Virus record (IMG/VR): IMGVR_UViG_3300043418_000062
Location: 1 to 50,451 of that record
Strand: one strand, 5' to 3'
Source: a virus
Taxonomy: Duplodnaviria > Caudoviricetes
Length of the DNA stretch: 50,451 bases
The notes beneath the pieces are model-generated. The model was given only the letters and a program-made list of their open reading frames with translations, searched no databases and had not been told where the DNA came from. A program made the translations under genes and the position numbers. Positions 44,414 through 50,451 of this stretch are shown one piece after another. Position 1 is the first letter of the stretch; each line of letters opens with the position of its first letter.

Positions 44414-45409
44414 TTACTTAACGCCAGTGATGCGAGAAGTAACTGCTTCCCACTCGTCGACTAGGCTTGACTTGTTTGCTTCCTGAATAACACCAGTGGT
44501 GTCTTCAGTGGCAGGGGTTTCTACAGCAGCAACCTCAGCAGCGATTTCGGCAACGTATGCCTGCTCCGCTTCAATTAGCTCTGCTACAGTCTTTTCGTTG
44601 GTCTCTGACTTCAGGGTCTCTGCTACACGAGCAATTGCCTTCTGTGGTAGACCGGACTCGTTGAACTGCAATGCTACGTCAACTGGGTTTAGTGCTTCAG
44701 CTAGTTCTTCAACAGCCTCTTCACCTTCCACGATTTCAGCAGGCTTTGCAGCCTCAGCCAGAATCGAAACTGACTCGACTACAGGCGTGAGTGCCTCAAC
44801 GAAGGCAGTCTTGAGTTCAGCGATTGCTGACTCAAATTCTTCCTTAGTAATGGACATTCCATTTCCTTCCGATACGGATTCTGCAACCGGAGTGGTTTCA
44901 GTATCTTTTCTGGTGTAGCTCTCGAGAAGGTTCAAAAACTTTCCTCCTGCGCCAGCTACGGTTACAACATCAACGCTGGTCATAGGGTCTGACACAAGCG
45001 ATTCGATGATGGGTCCTTGACGACCCTCTGCCTCACCAACAGTAGCATTACCTAGTGCGTGGATTGACAAGCCTACATCCCCAGCCATCTCCTTGATAAT
45101 AGGAGCATAGTGAGAATAAAATTCGATTTCTGCAACAAGACCGTTCTCTGAGAACACAGCATCAGAGGTTAGCTTACCGGCAAGCTGGTGAACGTCACGC
45201 TCTGGGCGGTCAGATGATTCGGTTGCACTCGGATGGTTCATGAATACCTTGGTTCCAGCCTTGAAAACCTGAGGCCCGTACTCGGCAAGCATATCTGCGC
45301 CGTAGTAACCAGATGAACCCCAACCGGCTTCAATAACTTTTACGCTCCACTTATTACCCTTTTTAGTTGGGGTAGCGAGTGAGGCGTTCTCATTCAGCGT
45401 TACTGACAT
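44414..45409 (-). CDS. Capsid maturation protease / scaffold
   Basis: GWGSSGYY, FMNHP, GLSI, SVDVVTVAGAGG; acidic helical C-terminus. Confidence 0.85.
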   Translation of the reverse strand: MSVTLNENASLATPTKKGNKWSVKVIEAGWGSSGYYGADMLAEYGPQVFKAGTKVFMNHPSATESSDRPERDVHQLAGKLTSDAVFSENGLVAEIEFYSHYAPIIKEMAGDVGLSIHALGNATVGEAEGRQGPIIESLVSDPMTSVDVVTVAGAGGKFLNLLESYTRKDTETTPVAESVSEGNGMSITKEEFESAIAELKTAFVEALTPVVESVSILAEAAKPAEIVEGEEAVEELAEALNPVDVALQFNESGLPQKAIARVAETLKSETNEKTVAELIEAEQAYVAEIAAEVAAVETPATEDTTGVIQEANKSSLVDEWEAVTSRITGVK

Positions 45410-45457
45410 ATTTCTCCAATAAGTTATTTACTAAACACTATTATAGCATACATTGTG

Positions 45458-46924
45458 TTATGCAGTAGGTTTTGCATCCTGAGTTCTAGTGTCATTTGTG
45501 TTGTCCTGCATCGAACCAACCGAACCAGAGTTTCCTTGACTTGGAACAGCCGATGTATCATTACTGTTCTGCTGGTCATTCTGGTTGTTCACGTCATTCT
45601 GATGAGCAACATCATTGATGCCGTCATCTGGAGCCATATCGTGCAACTTAGCGATGTCGAGAACTTCAAGGATTGCTTCGCGGTACTCATCCTGGTGAAT
45701 AGCCTTTGACTCAAACGCAAGAGCAAGAGCCTGAGTCATTCTCTGTGAAGGTTCGGTCTCAATCTTTGGCCAGTTGATAGCAAGTGTGTCAGGGTTTGCA
45801 CCAATGAACTTCATAATGCGACGGTAGAACATCGACCAAACTTGCTGGCGAGCTTCCATAGCCTTCACAGTAGGAACATCTAGAGTCTGTGCAGTTCCAT
45901 AAGCACCTGAGGTGCCTGGGTCTGAAAGAAGCGCAACAACTGAAACCTCAAGTGCAGACGCAACCATCGAACCCAATGGGCGACCGTTGGTGAGGTCAAT
46001 TGTTGAGCTTGAGCGTGGCATAGATGATAGCTCGACATCGGCACCCATCACAGCGGTAGAACCTGCCTGAGTTGGAGTTGCGATAGTCGCAGCAGCCGCG
46101 TTAACGCCAGCCTTGGTCTTTGACTTCAACTGCCATGCAAACATCGACAGAGCCTTCAGCATACGAGAACCATCTTTTAGGTAGTCGTTATAAGCGTGTG
46201 CCCAAGGAAGTGCAGGGAAAGCATCTGGAACACCCCAGATTTGACCAGCACGACGGTTTACACGAGATGCAAACATTCGGTATGAACGGTCAACTCGCTG
46301 GTTTTGAATGGTAGCTGCGAACTTGCCACCCATAGGCTCATAAGTGTCAGCTGGGTACCAAACGTTCATCTGAACAGCCTTAGGAGATGAAGCGTTAAGC
46401 TCCTGCTCGTAGCGAGTCCATGAACGGCGGTAGTAGCGGATTGCTTCTGGGTCATCAGGGTCGGTTACAACGCCAGTAACCTCATTAAAAGGCACACGCT
46501 GAAACTTCTTGCTGGTGATTGAACCAAGCACAAAGAACTGACCGTCTGTGAAGTGGCTACGCTCGTTGATTACCTGAGCTTCAGACGAGAACAGAACATC
46601 CTGGTTCTGCTGGTCCATCATGGCCTTCTTGACGCGAGGTGGCTGTTCGCCGAAGGTAACGCCACGACCGAAGATGTAAGATGTACGAAGACCGCAACCA
46701 CGCTTAAGTAGTGGGTTAGCCTCAGAGGTCTCTCGGATTACATCCGCTGCCTTCTGGAGTTGGTCAAGCTGGAATGAGTCATTCAGCGCAACAGAGCCAA
46801 GTGCGTTCCAGCCTTTGTCCTCAAATGCTAGGATTGCGCTCGCCATAGCAGCGTAACTCTCCGAGAGAACTTCGTTCTCATTCATTAGCGACTGAATTTG
46901 TGAAGAAAAGTCCTCAGAAGTCAT
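45458..46924 (-). CDS. Portal protein
   Basis: Between TerL and protease; NPLLKRG...YIFG.G, DGQFF. Confidence 0.85.
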   Translation of the reverse strand: MTSEDFSSQIQSLMNENEVLSESYAAMASAILAFEDKGWNALGSVALNDSFQLDQLQKAADVIRETSEANPLLKRGCGLRTSYIFGRGVTFGEQPPRVKKAMMDQQNQDVLFSSEAQVINERSHFTDGQFFVLGSITSKKFQRVPFNEVTGVVTDPDDPEAIRYYRRSWTRYEQELNASSPKAVQMNVWYPADTYEPMGGKFAATIQNQRVDRSYRMFASRVNRRAGQIWGVPDAFPALPWAHAYNDYLKDGSRMLKALSMFAWQLKSKTKAGVNAAAATIATPTQAGSTAVMGADVELSSMPRSSSTIDLTNGRPLGSMVASALEVSVVALLSDPGTSGAYGTAQTLDVPTVKAMEARQQVWSMFYRRIMKFIGANPDTLAINWPKIETEPSQRMTQALALAFESKAIHQDEYREAILEVLDIAKLHDMAPDDGINDVAHQNDVNNQNDQQNSNDTSAVPSQGNSGSVGSMQDNTNDTRTQDAKPTA

Positions 46925-46978
46925 TAAAAAGTCCTTAAAAAGTAGTGTAATACTATTGTATCACACATTCAGGACAGT

Positions 46979-48484
46979 TTACCAAGTCCAGGTGCTGTAA
47001 AAAGGGTGCTCTGCATCTAGTTCGTTTGCATCCCAAGTGATAACATCACCAGGCTTCTTATCGCCATAGGCAGAGTTGCTCAAGTAATCCAGGTTCACAG
47101 TGGCATAGACCAGGGCATCGAGGTGGTCGGGAGACTTAACGCCTCGTGAGCGCATATCATCCTTCGACTCAATCTGAATCGCACCTTTATTAGTGAACTT
47201 ATACTGAATCATCAACAGCTCATCAAGCAACTGCTTGTCATCTGGGTCAAGGTCAATCTCGCCAGCCAGCATCTGCTCTCGTAGAGAGTCGAAGTTATAA
47301 GCACGAGCGTTACCCCAACGGTTATTGTCAGGGCTTGCAGCTGAACCCAGCATAGAGATAACTGTATATGAGTCTCTAGCAAGGTTCACAAGGATATCGA
47401 TAATCGGGCCACCAAGACCGGCACCATCGACTCGGACTTCTTTACAGCCATGCTCAATGGCCAGCCTGTGAATCCTGTTGGCACTCTCAATAGCGGTGGC
47501 CTTAGTCCAGCTCTCTAGCTTACGGCTTCTGCCACCTCGGTTGATATAAACCACAGAGTCATCTTCACCGAAGCGAGCAACGTCGCAGCCGAGCTTAGGG
47601 ATGATGTCGTAATCCTCTGTGATGTTAGCATCAATTGCTCTGTCAAGCGCAATCTGCGAGTAGAAGGTGTTGTCAGCTTCATCTGGGAACTCAGCAAGGA
47701 TTTTCGATTTATATCTAGCACTCTCAACGCCCCATGAAATCTTCTGACGCTCAACCCACTCAGGCTGAATCAAAAGTGGCTTAAGCTCCTCTGAGATAAC
47801 CTCATCTGTGAAGTTAGGTGTGTCAAAGGCTGAAATCTTAATCTTGGTCCAAGTAGGGTCTTCTCGGAAGATTCTGTGAAAAGGTGTTCCACGAGAGTCG
47901 GGGTTACCAATTGCCAACACACGAGCACCCTCAGTGTTAGTAACCGCTTCAGTCGCAGTATACAAATCCTCTGGGATACCACCGGCCTCATCCAGGACCA
48001 CCATAACATAACGTCTGTGGATACCCTGGAAGGCGCTAACAATGTCCTTATCGGCAGGTCTACGACCCCAAGCCATAACCGTACCGTCATCGAGCTTCCA
48101 CTCCTGCGACTGCGTGATATAACCAGGCAGCGTGTGGCCATGCTCTTTAGCAAGGCGGAAGTTATCCTGAATCTCTTTAAATAGCACTCGAGCAATCTGG
48201 ATGTATGTCGGAGCCGAACAAATCACAGCAACATCGCGAGGGTCATGTACAGCAACCCACCATACCGCCAAAATACCAGCAAGACCAGACTTACCAGCAC
48301 CGTTACAGCTTACAACCGCAGTGTGAGAATTCTCAACTACAGAGTTAGCAATCTCACGCTGCTTAGACCAAAGCTCTTTACCAAGGACTTCCTTAGCCCA
48401 TAGAGCAGGGTCAGTCAGGTACTCGGCCTTCTTAGACCGACCACGAAGGTCTGCGATAACCGCATCTAGTACGTTGTTTATCAT
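46979..48484 (-). CDS. terL: Terminase large subunit
   Basis: CNGAGKS Walker A, VLDEAGG Walker B, GCDVARFGED, SPDHLDAL nuclease motifs. Confidence 0.95.
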   Translation of the reverse strand: MINNVLDAVIADLRGRSKKAEYLTDPALWAKEVLGKELWSKQREIANSVVENSHTAVVSCNGAGKSGLAGILAVWWVAVHDPRDVAVICSAPTYIQIARVLFKEIQDNFRLAKEHGHTLPGYITQSQEWKLDDGTVMAWGRRPADKDIVSAFQGIHRRYVMVVLDEAGGIPEDLYTATEAVTNTEGARVLAIGNPDSRGTPFHRIFREDPTWTKIKISAFDTPNFTDEVISEELKPLLIQPEWVERQKISWGVESARYKSKILAEFPDEADNTFYSQIALDRAIDANITEDYDIIPKLGCDVARFGEDDSVVYINRGGRSRKLESWTKATAIESANRIHRLAIEHGCKEVRVDGAGLGGPIIDILVNLARDSYTVISMLGSAASPDNNRWGNARAYNFDSLREQMLAGEIDLDPDDKQLLDELLMIQYKFTNKGAIQIESKDDMRSRGVKSPDHLDALVYATVNLDYLSNSAYGDKKPGDVITWDANELDAEHPFYSTWTW

Positions 48485-48489
48485 TAGGC

Positions 48490-49011
48490 TTATTCTTCTA
48501 CAATTTCATTCTTAGCGTGTTGCAAGCCTTCTGCAACAAGCTCTTCAAGCTCGCCCCTGGTAATCTGAGGGTAACGCTCTTCTAGCTGGTCCTTTGCGAA
48601 AGTCAGTGCAGTGTCCATAGCTCGCAGCAGCACACGCTCCTGGAACTGGGTCAGCTTTATCATATTCTCATCTAGTGCCTGCTGCTGCCCATCAAGGCGC
48701 TTGCCGATAGTCTCCAGAGTCTTTAGCATCAAACGCTGGCTATCCAGGTCACCGCCCTTAGACTGCTCCTGTAGCTGGTTCTTCAAATCATGTAGCTCAG
48801 TTAATAGCAGCTGACGTTGTTCATGCTCAGTCCATACGTTGCGGGTCTGAAGCAACTGTTTAACATGATGCACAGCCTGGGCAGCAGGAATACCTGTCAT
48901 ACGCTCCATCTCGGCACCTGACTTACCTCCAGCAGCTGCCTTAATCAGGATGTCATCTAGTAGAGCAATTTGATTGTGTGAGCCTGTTGAGCTTAGTGGA
49001 TATGATGCCAT
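48490..49011 (-). CDS. Putative terminase small subunit
   Basis: HTH-like N-terminus; helical; immediately upstream of terL. Confidence 0.55.
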   Translation of the reverse strand: MASYPLSSTGSHNQIALLDDILIKAAAGGKSGAEMERMTGIPAAQAVHHVKQLLQTRNVWTEHEQRQLLLTELHDLKNQLQEQSKGGDLDSQRLMLKTLETIGKRLDGQQQALDENMIKLTQFQERVLLRAMDTALTFAKDQLEERYPQITRGELEELVAEGLQHAKNEIVEE

Positions 49012-49236
49012 TTACAAACCTTTATTCCAGACTAGCTTCTGCGCTTCAAACTGAATACGAGCTTCTGTGAGTGTAGTCTCTAGTTTCTCAACTTTATTCA
49101 CAAGGTCGTTATGGCGGTTGATTAGTTCCTGAACAACCTGCTGCATCTCATATACCATTTCAAGGGCTTCGTTTAGCTCCTGCTGTGTGTTAGCTGATTC
49201 TTCTGGTAGTGGTGCGTCTGTTAATCCGCGTGACAT
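49012..49236 (-). CDS. Coiled-coil hypothetical protein
   Basis: AAGGAG RBS. Confidence 0.7.
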   Translation of the reverse strand: MSRGLTDAPLPEESANTQQELNEALEMVYEMQQVVQELINRHNDLVNKVEKLETTLTEARIQFEAQKLVWNKGL

Positions 49237-49299
49237 TTGTGCTCCTTGAATGTTTTAAAAATTATGCGAAAAAAATTTGAGGTAGGTGTTTTGAGGTGT

Positions 49300-49527
49300 T
49301 TAAACTTCCAGGCGATATGTTTGAATAGCCTCATCCAGTATATCCCAGGTATCATAGTCGCCAGACATCTCAAAGTACACAATGTCGCAGTCACCTGTTG
49401 ATGGGTCGCAGAAGGTAGCTCGCCATACCTCGGTTTGAGTCGGGTCGTCTATAGTAGCTGGGTCGTGGATGTCTAGTGACATGGTGAAGTCACCGATGCC
49501 TGACATTGAAACTGTTATTTCGCTCAT
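49300..49527 (-). CDS. Acidic hypothetical protein (leaderless)
   Basis: TGG-TAAGAT 6 nt before the ATG. Confidence 0.6.
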   Translation of the reverse strand: MSEITVSMSGIGDFTMSLDIHDPATIDDPTQTEVWRATFCDPSTGDCDIVYFEMSGDYDTWDILDEAIQTYRLEV

Positions 49528-49626
49528 CTTGCTATCTTACCACATAAATGTTGGTTGTAGCAAAAATAGGGGCAAAAAATTTTGGAAATTTGAGAAAATG
49601 GGTGTGGTGGTGCCGCCGCTTAAAAA

Positions 49627-49642
49627 CCGAACACCTGTTCGA
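49627..49642. promoter_or_regulatory. Actinobacterial LexA (SOS) box, one mismatch
   Basis: CCGAAC-ACCT-GTTCGA versus consensus TCGAAC-N4-GTTCGA. Confidence 0.65.
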
Positions 49643-49670
49643 ATAAAATGATTTCTTTGAGGCTCGACAT

Positions 49671-49686
49671 TCGAACGCTTGTTCGA
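49671..49686. promoter_or_regulatory. Actinobacterial LexA (SOS) box, perfect match
   Basis: TCGAAC-GCTT-GTTCGA. Confidence 0.75.
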
Positions 49687-49902
49687 GAGCGACACGCCTA
49701 AAGCCCAGTAATGACGGGGATTTTGGGAATTTTGGCGTTTCGATTTGCGCTTTCGGTTCGAGTGTGCTTTGATTTGAGTATGTTGATTTTCCGAAATCGA
49801 GTAGGCGGTTCGCAGGTTTATCCCGCGAACGAGCAACGGCTTAGTTTCAAAAATTTCTTCATCGGCGCTTAGGCGTTTGACAATTCAACAGTGGACCAGC
49901 CC

Positions 49903-49953
49903 TCGTTAGGGCTTTACTTTGCCCGATAGGCGGGCAAGGTAATCACCTAACGA
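49903..49953 (+). other. Long hairpin in the leader of the first early gene
   Basis: TCGTTAGG/CCTAACGA outer stem and 12-bp TTACTTTGCCCG/CGGGCAAGGTAA inner stem. Confidence 0.7.
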
Positions 49954-49964
49954 AAGTTGAAATT

Positions 49965-50168
49965 ATGATTACGAACGCAAAGACCGCTAAGAACTCGACT
50001 ATTGAAGAACTAATCGAGTGGCTAGAAGTCGGACACCGACTAGCAGGGCGCGCCAATTACTACACCGTCGAGGCTGTAGAGCGTAGACTTACACGCCTAA
50101 CCACTTCAGAGGTTTCGCCAGAGCAAATTGAACGAATTTCAAAAGCAATTCAGAGCGCCGACTACTAA
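49965..50168 (+). CDS. Early hypothetical protein
   Basis: ORF with GAAAG RBS. Confidence 0.7.
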   Translation: MITNAKTAKNSTIEELIEWLEVGHRLAGRANYYTVEAVERRLTRLTTSEVSPEQIERISKAIQSADY

Positions 50169-50175
50169 GCCAACT

Positions 50176-50202
50176 GACCTAGGCAAGTCGCTAAACTGCC
50201 TA
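50176..50202 (+). ncRNA. Small H-type pseudoknot motif, copy 4
   Basis: GAC-CT-AGGC-AA-GTC-GCTAAACT-GCCT. Confidence 0.65.
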
Positions 50203-50232
50203 ACCAACCAACCAACCGAAAGGCAACCCAAA

Positions 50233-50319
50233 ATGAACGAACTAATCTCAGTAATTGACGCAATCAACGAGTCTGGTAATTTCGACTCTGATGACTTTTA
50301 CGAACTAGGCAACGACTAA
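50233..50319 (+). CDS. 28-aa acidic micro-protein (MNELISVIDAINESG...)
   Basis: GAAAGG RBS. Confidence 0.55.
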   Translation: MNELISVIDAINESGNFDSDDFYELGND

Positions 50320-50324
50320 CCAAC

Positions 50325-50451
50325 CAACCCAAAACAAAGGATAGAAACTAATGACAACACTACGCCAAGCCGAGCAACTACTAGCCGATTTCGAGCCATT
50401 CACAGCGGGCAACCTGTCGGCAAAATACGACATAGCCGGAAATTACATTGT
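50325..50451 (+). repeat. Terminal 127-bp direct repeat, copy 2
   Basis: Identical to 1-127. Confidence 0.95.

Larger units (their letters stand above)
1..50451. mobile_element. Complete tailed phage genome (siphovirus-like, probable actinobacterial host)
   Basis: Terminase, portal, capsid, tape measure, tail and lysis genes on the - strand; replication and early genes on the + strand; identical ends. Confidence 0.95.

Noticed and set aside
22468-48814. Numerous + strand ORFs opposite the structural genes (e.g. 31778-32392, 41746-42198, 44496-44918)
   Set aside because: Shadow ORFs of long - strand genes with no RBS or recognisable motifs
49877-49882. TTGACA as a -35 element
   Set aside because: No -10 hexamer at 16-18 nt spacing
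1-50324. Alternative genetic code or stop-codon reassignment
   Set aside because: Core genes are intact in the standard bacterial code, all three stops are used, and no suppressor tRNA was found
50325-50451. 127-bp terminal repeat as a biological direct terminal repeat
   Set aside because: It cuts through a gene and 127 is a common assembler k-mer length, so it is most likely a circular assembly overlap

Overview
The window is an apparently complete, circularly assembled genome (50,324 bp unique; bases 1-127 recur exactly at 50325-50451) of a tailed siphovirus-type phage. The host is probably an actinobacterium, judged from a WhiB-like gene, a DUF2637-like gene, actinobacterial LexA boxes and leaderless genes. 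The + strand arm (about 49965 through the join to 21378) holds many small early genes behind consensus sigma-A promoters, including an Ocr-like DNA mimic and a truncated beta-clamp-like gene. It continues with replication, recombination and nucleotide genes (SF2 helicase, PD-(D/E)XK nuclease, Sak4-like ATPase, SSB, primase-helicase, RuvC-like, DnaQ-like, dUTPase, ThyX, thioredoxin) and two tRNAs. The - strand arm (49527 to 21440) encodes terminase, portal, protease/scaffold, capsid, an inserted class II RNR and collagen fibre, head-tail genes, tail genes and lysis genes. I recognised no DNA polymerase, integrase, methyltransferase or CRISPR array. The most unusual signal is a dispersed non-coding RNA layer: four covarying copies of a small pseudoknot placed just after stop codons, three tRNA-like acceptor/T-arm elements lacking normal anticodon arms, two hairpins displaying anti-Shine-Dalgarno loops, and a roughly 370-nt structured cassette bracketed by the two tRNAs. 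Two LexA boxes and an rrn boxA-like site lie in the control region. All calls come from reading the sequence by eye; no searches or folding programs were run.
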